Shown one piece after another: positions 1 through 11,999 of a stretch of 64,000 nt of DNA; the first letter of the stretch is position 1, and every line of letters begins with the position of its first letter. The stretch lies in NCBI RefSeq assembly GCF_006345805.1, contig NC_043006.1, forward strand, positions 868,001 to 932,000. Reading direction: 5' to 3'. The notes beneath the pieces are model-generated. The model searched no databases and was not told the origin of the DNA. It was given only the letters and a program-made list of their open reading frames with translations. The position numbers were made by a program, and so were the translations under genes. The stretch comes from Octopus sinensis. Its lineage: Eukaryota.

Positions 1-49
1 CCGCTACTCATGCAATACTCTAGGAGTTTAAACAAAATCTGAGTTAAAA

Positions 50-60
50 TAATAATGATG

Positions 61-123
<63 letters not shown>
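50..123 (+). repeat. (AAT)n microsatellite, 5' flank of the R4/Dong-like LINE
   Basis: Directly visible; it produces the poly-Ile start of ORF 55..615. Confidence 0.95.
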
Positions 124-125
<2 letters not shown>

Positions 126-1207
126 TGACATAGAAAGACTATATATACAACGTATAGAAGGTGGTAGAGGCCTTATACAGCTGGAAAACTACTATAAAAT
201 AACCACCATAGGACTGCAAAAATATCTACTTCAGAAGGAAGGAAAACTGATCCAGATAGCGGCAAAACACGAGCAAAACAAAAGACCGTTCTCAGTATTT
301 AAGGAAGCTGACAAATACAAACAAGAAATCATACCACCTAATAAACATGAAGAAGAAGAAGAAGATGAAGAAACAACACAAGCTATAAAACAAATGAAAT
401 CCAAACAAAAAATAGAACAGCAACGAACCATGATAAAACGATGGCAAGAAAAGCCCCTTCATGGTAAATACTGGACTAAACTAAACGCAAAAGAAATAGA
501 CAAAGAAAAATCCCAGCAATGGTTGAGAAGCTCAGGAATCAAAGCAGAAACAGAGGGATTTTTAATTGCAGCACAAGACCAAGCCTCCCCACCAGAAATT
601 ACCAAAAACATGTAATGAAAAGAAATATTACAAGTAACTGCAGAATATGTGGAGATGGACAAGAACAATAAATCATATTATCTCTAGCTGCCCAGTCTTG
701 GCTAAGAAGGAATATATTCACAGACATGACAGAGTTTGAACCTACATACATTGGAAGCTATGCCAACATTATGGAATAACAACAGAAAAAAGATGGTATA
801 GGCACACACCAGAAAAGGTCACAGAAAACAAGAAAGCAACCATGCTCTGGGATATGCCGATACATACAGATAGAGAAATTAAGGCCAACAGACCAGATAT
901 AGTTGTCAGAGATCATGAAGAAAAAAAATGCTTTCTAATTGATGTATCAATACCGGCTGATGACAACGTGTCTCTAAAAGAAATGGAGAAACTCTCAAAA
1001 TACAAAGACCTGGAAATAGAGGTTACTAGAATGTGGAATCTGAAAACAGAAACAATTCCTATCATAGTAGGTGCATTAGGCATGATAAAAAGATATTCAG
1101 ACAAATACATAACAAAAACACCAGGACTTACAAACACATATACCATACAGAAAATTGCACTACTAGGCACTGCACACATCCTACGCAGAACACTTTCCAT
1201 ACAATAA
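124..1207 (+). pseudogene. C-terminal part of the RLE LINE ORF (RT thumb, CCHC knuckle, restriction-like endonuclease)
   Basis: Joins ORFs 55..615 and 842..1207 through frameshifts near 581 and 665, with an in-frame TGA at 737-739. Confidence 0.85.
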
Positions 1208-1291
1208 CCATCAGAGCATCACAACAAATCACAGCACATACCCAAGGCACACAGAGCTGTGCTCGGTCACGCTATAAAAATAAAACTACTG
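124..1291 (+). mobile_element. 5'-truncated RLE-type non-LTR retrotransposon (R4/Dong-like), followed by an (AAT)n tail at 1292-1335
   Basis: Translation gives ERLYIQRIEGGRGL, WQEKPLHGKY, ETEGFLIAAQDQ, the zinc knuckle CRICG..TINHIISSC..HRHD, and the PD-(D/E)xK nuclease NRPDIV..LIDVSIP..EKLSKY, then IIVGALG. Short 3' UTR then (AAT)n. Confidence 0.88.
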
Positions 1292-1456
1292 AATAATAAT
1301 AATAATAATAATAGTAATAGTAATAATAATAATAAATAAAAGAGAGTACTTTCGTCGAGTGAGAAAAATACTAGCTTTAAAGCAAAATGTTTGATACATA
1401 ATTTCAAGCACTTAGCTTGAACATAAAAAACAACAACAACAACAATAATAATAATA

Positions 1457-1990
1457 TACCCTGATGCAGTACCAGGCAGTGGCTCTCATAGATTCTGATC
1501 TTAACTGATTGGAAGTGTTATCATGTACATTGTTTTGTCTTGGTATAAAAGATGGGCTACAGCAAATATTCTGGTCAATTGTTTGACCATAACCAGTTGA
1601 ACATGAACCTTAGTAGCTGACGATTTGTGCGTCTCTGACCACGAGCAGAACTAGTAGAGGAGCATCACAGCCATGTGTTGAGAGGGATTTTTTGAGGTTT
1701 GAATAATTCACCTCTGGAAACATGGGTGTTTTATTCAACATCTTTAAACATCCCTTATTCAGGGACCTTTTGAGCAGGACGGGTTACTCGACCAGAAGAA
1801 AAAATTCTAACTAGGCCCCACCTGCAAGGTCATGTGCTGCTTATCTTGACATGAGATCACTATCTCGCGCACATATGTTTGTGATGCATGTGCCTACTGT
1901 ACCCTTATCAGGCGGGTAGTCATGATGGGTATATTGGGCTTCGTATATTTTACTCGTGTCACTTTGATGGCATGCACTGCTCTCTCACTC
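1457..1990 (+). mobile_element. Non-coding interspersed repeat (SINE-like or LINE 3' UTR-like) with (AAT)n tail 1991-2055
   Basis: A diverged second copy lies on the minus strand at 55680-56073. It has no coding capacity and is flanked by (AAC/AAT)n and (AAT)n. Confidence 0.7.
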
Positions 1991-2056
<66 letters not shown>

Positions 2057-2249
2057 CAGAAATAAACCGTGATTGGATTCACAGAAGGTCCATGATAGTA
2101 TACCACTTGCCAAGAAGACAAACGATTTCAAAATTAGGCCTACAAGTGACAGGAATGATTTTAAGATATGGATGGGCCTCTTCAGGAGTGACTAACCAAA
2201 TATATCACATAAAAGTCAAAATGAGTGTTACATGGCAGTAAAAAGATAG

Positions 2250-2460
2250 AATATTGCGCAACTTTTCATTGTCTATATTGAGCCCAACGATATAGTTAAC
2301 CTACAGAATTGGTCAATAACAGAAGAGCACGTGATGACTGTATGAAGTTGGGAATTATTTAGTGATTAATGAAAAGTTTCAACATCAATGGAGATGAAGA
2401 TAGATTACATCTCCCCCGCATGGCAGGCAGCATCAGCCGGTAATCTATAATGACATCTAT
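2250..2460 (+). mobile_element. Possible highly decayed CR1/L2-type LINE 3' remnant
   Basis: AGAGCACGTGATGACTGTATGAAGTTG reads RARDDCMKL, resembling the RTRGH.xKL motif of CR1-type RT C-termini. The rest is degenerate. Confidence 0.25.
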
Positions 2461-3041
2461 CATCTATCCACCAGGATTTCATCACTGAAATAACATCTGC
2501 AACAAAGATCAATATAACTTGCAGTCGTTTACACTTGGAGTGATAATTGTATTATATTAATAACTAATGAAGTACAGCAAAGAAAAAGACTCTTAATAAG
2601 GAATAAAACATACATAACAGCATAAACAATAAACAGACCAGTTTTCTAATAAGGTTGGACTTTGATACTTGAAACCAAAATAATCCATACTGCAGAGGGA
2701 ATAAAGAACATAAAAATATAAAATTCTAACAGCTGTTTAGCGTCTAATTTTAAACTTTACTTTACTGCAACACTGGAATCATTGCAAGATCGGAGTAAGG
2801 AATCTCTGTAAATTATCTTCTGCACACTTATATATCGTATTTTTTTTAACGGTATGACTCGAAGTAGATGAAACTATAAACGATATATACTTATGCCTAA
2901 ATACTGGGATCAGAAACATTTTCAACAGTAAGAGTCGAAAGCTGCACATGTGGAACCCGAACCCATATGTTCTGTAAACATGACATATACATATACAAAC
3001 ATATATACACAAGCAAACAAGTGAAAATACATGTGGCACAA

Positions 3042-3143
<102 letters not shown>

Positions 3144-4279
3144 ATATAACGGCAGTTTGTCTGTGCGTGCTTCTGTGTGTCTGTTTTCTCGTACCCTCAC
3201 CCTGACCACGGCTTTCAACCGATTCTGATGAAACTTGACACACACATAGCCCAATGTCATAATTCAAAACTAACGCAGCGAAAATTTTGAAAAGTCCCCC
3301 AGTTCTGAAAAAAATTGATAAATTCGACATGGGGTCGAGAATCATAAACATGAACCACAGACTGTCTAGGGGACGCAACTCGAGAATCTAAGCTTTTTTT
3401 ATGCAACGCATTATCTATGGTAGTTTTCACAACTTGCAATCGATTTTCACCAAACTCATGGTGAAGCTTAATGTTACCCTAAGAAACTCAATTCTGACGT
3501 TAGTTTTCCATGCAATACCTTACCATCAGAAACAATCGATAAAATCATGCCATTTTGGGAAATCGCGTTCAAATTCAAGATGACATATTTTCGACAATAT
3601 CTTTCACAAATTGGCAGGAATCTTTTTTTTTTCACAACGAGCATCATGTCTGCTCCAAGGAGCTATATAGCTCTTTTTATTCCAATAGGATACATTATTG
3701 GAAAAAATCGGTTAATTTAATCATATGTGGCACACATAGCAAACAAATTTGTGTATTAAACACAAACCAGACTGTCTAGGGGACGCAACTTGACCTTTTT
3801 AGCTATCGATAATTCGATCCAACCAATTCCTACCAGGAAGAAATTACATTCGAGACTTTACCCCCAACACCGCCACTTCTGCTAATAGCTGCTGCAGCCG
3901 CAAGTATTCGAATACTTTTTTGGTTTAAACTTTCTTTATAACTACACCCCAAACGTTTTACCTTCAATTTTTGACGTACCCTAACGGTCCTCGGACGCTA
4001 CTTGCAAACTCTTGGTTTATTATAAACCACTTTTGTCGTGTGCATCAAAAAACTTTTCCTTTCGTTTGTTCAGTTTGATCACTTTTGACTTTTTCGTTTT
4101 GTCACTCACATTGCTGCCAGCTTTTTGGCCGTTTTTGTACATTTTTATACGTTTTCGGATACTTACCCCACGAGCTCCTTTTTATTACACCTTTACCAAA
4201 CACATTGCTATCCACCAAATACTTACCCCACGTGTTCCTTTTTATTACACCTTTGCCAAACACATTGCTATCCACCAAA

Positions 4280-7200
4280 ATGCCACCCAAGAAGAGAAGG
4301 ACCCTCCTCAGCCCTCGGACGGCCAAGGCATCGGCTGCCAGGGCTAGAAGGGCACGCGAGACCCACGAGGAAACCGCCTTGCGCCTCTCGCAAACAGCTT
4401 CCGTTATGCCGCTGCTCAGGCATCTGAAACTACTAGCGACCGTTCTACCCGACTTGCAAGGGTCGCAGCGTACAGATCTTCCCTCCGCTCGAGGTTGACG
4501 AAAGAGCAACAGTCCAGCCAAAACATGCGGGCTTCTTACTGTGCTTCCATCCGCAGAGCTCCATCCGCAGAGCTCGCGAGAACCCCGAACAAAGGGCCAT
4601 TCGGAATGCGGCTAACGCCACTAGCACTGCCAGGACACGATCTGTCGAAACCTCACAGCAGAGGAGAACTCGCCAAGATGCTGACGCCGCAAACAAAGCC
4701 ATGGCCAAAGCTGCCGAAACACCTCAACAGAGGAGAGCTCGCCAAGCTGCTAACGCCGCAAACACAGCCAGGGCTCGATCTGCCGAAACTCCACAACTCT
4801 GCAATCCCAGCTGCGACGAAATCACTCGCGAACTCCTCCCGGGTCAATCTCACACCCATCGACACGACATCGTTGCTAGGGTTTTCCGTCTGAATTTGGG
4901 CAATATGAAGGATTTGATAGTTAAGAGTCAGATTTTCGGGCATGTCAGGTGCCACATGTTTTCGGTCGAGTGGCAAAAGAGGGGCTTGCCACATGCTCAC
5001 ATCTTAATTTGGCTCACTCATAAAATCGAGACTAATGACATTGACAAATTCATTTCCGCCGAGATTCCTGACCCCGATGAGGACCCGGACTCTACGAAAT
5101 TGTCCGCACTACCATGGTACACGGGCCCTGTGGACCAAATTACGCCAACACACCATGCTACAAAAACGGATTAGCCTGCTCAAAGGGATTCCCTAAACGG
5201 TTCACTTTGGAGACTCAAACAGGCGGCGATGGGTATCCGCTGTACAAACGAAGGAGTCCAGCCAATGGAGGCCGCACGATTACGGTTGGGCGACATCAAG
5301 TGGACAACAGCTACATTGTCCCCTACTGTCCTCTCCTGTCGAAGATATTCAAAGCCCACGTCAACGTTGAGTTCTGCAGCTCCATCAGGTCAATACAATA
5401 TGTCTGCAAATATATCAACAAAGGCAGCGATGCTGCCATGTTCAGCATCCAGAGGACCACCAGTCGCGACGAAGTGTCCAACTACTTGGCTGGCCGGTAC
5501 CTCAGCAACGAAGCGTTTTGGCGCATTTACGGCTTCCCGCTCCATCAGAGACACCCGGCTGTGGTGCAGCTTGCTGTACACTTGGAAAATGGACAGCAGA
5601 TTTACTTCACAGAGCAAAGTGCTGTGCAGATAGCCACCAGCCCTAAAGACACAACGTTGACTGGTTTCTTCAAATTATGCCAACGTGATGACTTCGCTCG
5701 AACGCTTTTGTACCCACAGGTCCCATCGTACTTCGTGTGGTCTAAAAACACCTGGGTTCGACGGAAATCCGGCAAAAACGTCGAAAGCTTCCCAGGCGTC
5801 AAGTTTGACTCCTGCCTGGGTCGAGTTTACAACATCCCGCCAAACCAGCAAGAATGCTTCTACCTCCGTCTCCTTCTACATGAGGTCACTGGTCCAACAG
5901 GTTTCGCCAATATACGTACCGTCAATGGGGTTCTGTGCGACACCTTCAGGGAAGCATGTATGAGACTTGGCCTTCTAGAGGATGACTCCCAGTGGGACGC
6001 CACGATGGCAGAGGGTGCTTTACTGCAAACGCATTCGGCCCTACGACATCTTTTCGCAATCCTTCTTCAAAAATGTCAGCTTAGTGATCCACTAAGTCTT
6101 TGGATGAAATACAGGGATGACATGTCGCACGACTTCTTACGTACGGCTCAGCAACACTGCCCTTCCGCCGAGATCACGTTCACCAACTTCATTTACAATT
6201 TTGCGCTCATTCAACTCGAAGACGCTGTCATCGATATGGGTGGGTCTGCTTTAACAGAGTACGGCCTTCCACCACCCACACGTGAACACGCCAATGTTAT
6301 GTCTGCTGAATTGTTACGCGAAACTTCCTACTGCATTGAGGAACTGCACCAGTACGTCCAAGATAATGAACCACGGCTGCTTCCAGACCAGCGCATAGCC
6401 TACAACACCATCGTAGACTCTGTCAGACAGCAACGTGGGGGATTTTCTTCCTTGATGCACCCGGCGGCACTGGCAAAACCTTCGTCACTAAACTAATTCT
6501 GGCAGAGGTCAGACGCAACACGGACATTGCCCTGGCTGTAGCTTCCTCTGGTATCGCGGCCACGTTGCTTCCGGGTGGCAGAACCGCCCACTCTGCCTTC
6601 AGACTCCCGCTCGATCTGGCAAAGTCCGAGTCACCTATCTGCAACATCGCCAAGAACTCAGAACAGGCCGACATTCTGCGCAGATGCAAACTCATCGTAT
6701 GGGACGAGTGCACTATGGCACACAAAGGCGCCCTTGAGGCACTGGACAGGTCCCTGCAAGACTCTACGGCCCCCATGGGAGGATTAACTTTACTTCTTTC
6801 AGGAGGCTCCAGGCAGACTCTACCTGTTATTCCAAAAGGAACCCGTGCCGATGCCGTGCGCGCGTGCCTTAAGTCGTCAGCTCTTTGGGCACATGTGCGG
6901 CCCTTGCACCTCCAAACTAACATGCGCGCGCAGTTAATTGGTGACAGCGGATCCGCTGCATTCTCCAGGGACCTCTTATTGCTCGGTGAAAATAGGATGC
7001 TGTCTGATGCGGATGGCTACGTTCAATTGGACTCACTTTGCACCATTGTCGACACCCCTGCTAGCCTCCGGGACGCTGTCTTCCACGACCTACAAAACAA
7101 TTTACGCGACCTAAAATGGCTGGCAGGCAGAGCTATTCTCGCACCCAAAAATACAACCGTCAACTCCATCAATATCCAGCTACTTGAAGCTATTCCTGGT

Positions 7201-7734
7201 GATGTCCACGTCTACAAATCTATAGATAGGACAGCAGACCCCGCCCAGCTTGCCGATTATCCTGTTGAATTCCTGAATTCACTTGAACCGCCAGGCCTGC
7301 CACCACACATCCTGAAGTTAAAAGTCGGTGCGCCCATTATGCTCATCAGGAATTTGGTTCCACCTAAACAGTGCAACGGCACACGTTTGGTTGTGAAACA
7401 TTTGGCACCACATTTAATAACGGCCACAATACTTACCGGTTGTGGGAAGGGAGAGGACGTCTTCATTCCACGGATGCACCTTCAACCGTCGGGCGCTGAC
7501 CTACCAATCCACTTCAGGCGTTCTCAGTTTCCTGTTAAACTCTGCTTCGCAATGTCCATCAATAAATCCCAAGGCCAAACGCTACAAGTCGCTGGGTTAC
7601 ATTTGGGCGAACAGTGCTTCGCCCACGGTCAACTCTACGTGGGCTGTTCACGCGTTGGGAGGCGCAATGATGTTTTCATGTTTTCGCCCAAACGGACAGC
7701 TAGGAACATCGTATATACAGAAGTATTCCAGTGA
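4280..7734 (+). pseudogene. Helitron RepHel protein (HUH Rep + PIF1-family SF1B helicase), frameshifted and apparently internally deleted
   Basis: ATG at 4280 (MPPKKRR). Motifs: CNP (end of motif 1), EWQKRGLPHAHILIW (HUH), YVCKYINKG (Y2), FLDAPGGTGKT (Walker A, after the frameshift at ~6445), IVWDECTM, QFPVKLCFAMSINKSQGQTL, GQLYVGCSRV. Stop at 7732-7734. Breaks at ~4402, 4547-4574 (14-nt duplication), ~5088 and ~6445. Confidence 0.92.
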
Positions 7735-7827
7735 AGACAAGACATTGCAACGTCGACATGCACCTTCGTTCCCTGGAGGAAAGGACTACATTGGGATTAG
7801 TCGTTGCCTACTAGGGGCTCTTACATA

Positions 7828-7853
7828 CCCGGGCAACGCCGGGCTATGGCTAG
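7828..7853 (+). terminator. Helitron 3' rolling-circle termination hairpin + CTAG
   Basis: CCCGG-GCAACG-CCGGG, 6 nt, then CTAG|T. Confidence 0.9.
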
Positions 7854-7913
<60 letters not shown>

Positions 7914-8601
7914 GTAGAAATATGTTTTGAAAAAAATATAAAATACACGTGGAAATGTAAGGGTAAAATATGAGAAGTCAACGAAAATGCATATTGTAGA
8001 TACAAAAAGGCTATTTATGACAGGTAGTGACAAATATATACATTTAGAGTATTACTTGTCAAAAAGGTCATTATTATTGATGATTATAAGAAGTTAATAA
8101 AAATAATTATAAGGTAACCCTATACACATTCTACATCACTCACATTTCCAATTCCTGAACTACTTATATATATATATATATGTGTGTATGTGTGTGTGTA
8201 TATATCTCTATCTATCTATATATATATCTAATGAAATTAGAGACGTGGTCTGGGCAGGTTTCTACTACATGCCTAGCGTCTTCAAGCCATCTCAGGCTCT
8301 GGGTGCATTGCCTATAAAGTTACAAACCAGGACGATAGAAAAAGAGAAACCGTGAGAAAAAACGAGAAGAATGAGAACGCAAAATTGGAAGGGTGAAAAA
8401 AAACCGGAAAAAGAAAAGAGATATGTCTCCCTTGTACTGTAAAGCAACAATAATTCTAGTTGGTGTTGAATCAAAAGAAATATATTCATATACCCCCTCC
8501 CCACATATATATATACGTATATATATCTATATGTATATGTGTGTGTACATGTAAATATATACATGTGTATATACACATGTATATATATATGTATATATAT
8601 A

Positions 8602-8663
<62 letters not shown>

Positions 8664-8966
8664 ATATATATATAATATATATATAAAATAGAGTACATTT
8701 AAACACAAGAGAAAACTGTCTTCAACAGGCAGTTTCTACACGCTAGAAGAAGTAGTCAAAACGACCAAAATCACATTTAAGAGCAATCTTCAAAAGGAAT
8801 GAAAAATAAAAAATTTTACCCTGTTATTTTAATCCGGTCAGACCTGGGTTTCAAGATTTTTTAGCAAATAAAATAATTTTCTAGGCGATTGTTTCATCAG
8901 TGACTGCGACAAAACACTAACTAACTAACTATATATATATATATAATATTATATATTATATATATA

Positions 8967-9012
<46 letters not shown>

Positions 9013-9019
9013 ATTTTAC

Positions 9020-9213
9020 TATTGCGAGTGTTACGTTCCAAAATCCACCGCGATACGTGAAAATCCGTGAAGAAGAAACAGTACTCTATTGTATATATAT
9101 TTTGTATTATTTTTATAATTTGTATATATTTATTATATTATAAATACAAACCATACCACGGAGGAATCGACGTAAACTTAAATAATAAACCGCGATATGG
9201 CGAGTGATTACTG
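9020..9213. mobile_element. One end of a pogo/Tigger-like (Tc1/mariner superfamily) non-autonomous element
   Basis: The reverse complement of 9188-9215 is TA-CAGTAATCACTCGCCATATCGCGGTT, resembling pogo/Tigger TIRs (from memory). No matching second TIR seen. Confidence 0.3.
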
Positions 9214-9268
<55 letters not shown>

Positions 9269-9303
9269 TATATAATATATATATATATAATATATATTAA
9301 TAT

Positions 9304-9349
<46 letters not shown>

Positions 9350-9376
9350 TATAAATGTACATATATACATATAGAT

Positions 9377-9414
<38 letters not shown>

Positions 9415-11999
9415 CAAACGTGCGTATGTTCATATATATGTATGTGTGTGTATCTGTGTGTGCGTGTCTGTTTACATAAACATATCCGTGGATTTATGTA
9501 TGCAAATTGGGATGAGAACATACGCAGATTATTGGCCTTGATTAAATCTTGTTTTGCCATGGAATGCTAACATTTCCCTACCAAACTAAATGCCTTGTGC
9601 GTACTTGCAGATTTTTGGTCGTCCAGCTATTAATAGTTACATATACTGTACCATCCAACTTATAACTATTTGCTTAGTACCTCCATATATACACACAAAC
9701 ACAGATACAGTCGGCTCTTTACTTACTCAAAATAACTTTGGAGATAATTTCAATTTAATTTTGATATATCTACTTCTAGCAGTCATTGGCTGTAGATTCA
9801 GAAGACACTGCCAATATATTTTATATGCCAATTTACTCATCTGAAAATAAACTTGAACTATTTTTGATTGAAGGTTGACTCACTGTTCACAAACCAAACA
9901 ATATTCACTCGTACTTGCTCATAATTCCAGTATCTCAATTAAAGATTTGTAACTAATTTCTTCACCCATTCCGCTTTTGACTGGTCCTCACTGAAAACCT
10001 TTGTTCAGAAAATACATTTGATACGATTAGTTATTTCTCTTGAAAAGGTATATGCCTATAAATTTATAGTAAAAATTAAAAATCTATTTTGTGAACATAA
10101 AATTTATATTATGTGATATATGTATTGCTGCTTTCAAATTATTATTGATGTGGATAAAGTGTGACAATATCTAAACGAAATCGCCCTGAAAAGAAGAAAG
10201 CGGAAATTAACTGTCTTTCAAAAAAACCCGCACAAAGCAGCTCTCGCATCCAGACTTCCCGCAATGTTAAAACGAGTTAAAGAGGAGGTATGTGGAGGGT
10301 TTATTCGTTCGGCTCGCTAGAAATATATGTGAGAAGAAGAGTAGTTCTGGATGAAATATCAGAGTAGAGTTTTCTTTTAAATTCTCGAATGAAATGTAAT
10401 TATAACTTATGATAGATATGTCAGAATGTTCAAAGACAGGCAATGAGGTCCCCGATAACGGAAGTGGATTCGGACAGAGTGTGGGGACAAATTATTGTGT
10501 CGCTAATGTTCTTATAAAACATTTTTTGTAATTCTGATAATGATCACAGCTTCAACCATTTTATTAGCATATTTGAGTCGAATATACTGTTTATATTTCA
10601 ATTAATTTTGAGAATAGTAAAGAATTTGTTAAAATAATTTTGTCCTTATTAAGCTGGAACATAAATTGCCATGAATGTTTGATGGAAAATTTCGTTTAGA
10701 TCACTTTAAACATGAAGTTCATATCATAAGACCAGAAGCAGTCTCAAGCAGGTTAAAATAGTTAAAGAACTTGAAGGAATTGCAAGCTAAATGTATGAAA
10801 CCAGCTGGAGTCGTAGCCCAATAACTAAACGGATCCCTTATATGTACATACATCTAATATAGCTGAATAGTGTTGAATGAGAAAAATTAGAATATTTATA
10901 GCAATTTTAAAATCGATACAGGGCCGAATGCAGCCAAATTAGAGCTCAAGTTCTCCCAGGTATGCTAAGAATTTGAAACGCAGTGAAAAATGATAAACAC
11001 CTGCAACATCTCCATGGAAATGTTACAAATTCAGTAAAACACAATCAACTATGGACATCAGGAGACACAGATACAGAGAAGAGAAAGAAATGCAAGCTAG
11101 ATAATACATAGCAAAGAGAAACCGATGTTGAAAAGGAGACGGAAAACTGGCTGAAGAACTATTTCATACCATATATTAAAGGAATCCCACTGTTAACCCA
11201 CGAAGAAAATTAAACTGAGAGAGAAAATGCTGGAATTGTATAAGGACAAAGACCACCAACTGTGTGTCAATATAAACCTGCAGCACCAATTATTTACAAT
11301 AAACAATACGGAATCGGCAACGGATTCACAGCTTGTAGCTTGGATAACAAGAAATCTGTACAGACTGTCACTGAAAGAAACAAACTAAAGAAATAAAAGA
11401 ATCGATAGAATATATAGAAAAGATTAAATTTTAGCAGGTTATTCAGGGAAAGCAGGTAAAATACGCAGTTAAAATTATAATACGGTAATGTTGGTTCTAA
11501 CCGTGGGTTAGGTACATACATGAATGCTAAAATGTGAAATTCGCTTTTAGATAGATAACATCAGAAGTTGATACGAATTGCTGTTATGGTCACTCCTGAC
11601 AACTGGTTCTGAGAATATCTGAATGGAAAAGATGATAAATATGCAGATTATGCTAACCGTGATTGATTGTTTAGGTGCAGTCGTGACAAGTGGAATGGCA
11701 AGTGAACGAGTTAATTAAAGGAAAGAAAGCTATTGAGGAGGAAGTATTGTAGTGATGCTGAAGATTGTGATGTGTCAAAGCAAAATAGTTTTAAGACGGG
11801 GTATAGTACAGTCGAGAGTTATGTAAAACTGAAACGTTACACATCAGGGGACATAGTTTTCTCAGGGGTGGGGGGTCATCAGATTATGCTACATTGTTAC
11901 AATAATTATATTTTTCATGTTTTTGTTTTTCAAATTTCGTAAATTAGTATTTGATTCTTTCCTCAAATGAATATTAATATAAGGCAAGATCTCTATGGG

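Noticed and set aside
4102-7864. Alternative-frame and antisense ORFs over the Helitron and, likewise, over the Tx1 element
   Set aside because: Shadow ORFs of GC-rich coding sequence with no recognisable motifs.
8690-8790. Hammerhead-like string CTAGAAGA-AGTAGTC-AAAAC-GACC-AAAA
   Set aside because: Both core halves deviate (extra A; GAAA read as AAAA) and stems I and III cannot be drawn.
10170-10295. Open frame ending at a good donor site (GAG|GTATGT)
   Set aside because: No polypyrimidine acceptor, an upstream in-frame stop, and no recognisable protein.
11000-11400. Possible Penelope ORF remnant (QRPPTV..GFTAC..CTDC)
   Set aside because: Similarity is limited to a few residues with several stops; I cannot support it without a profile search.
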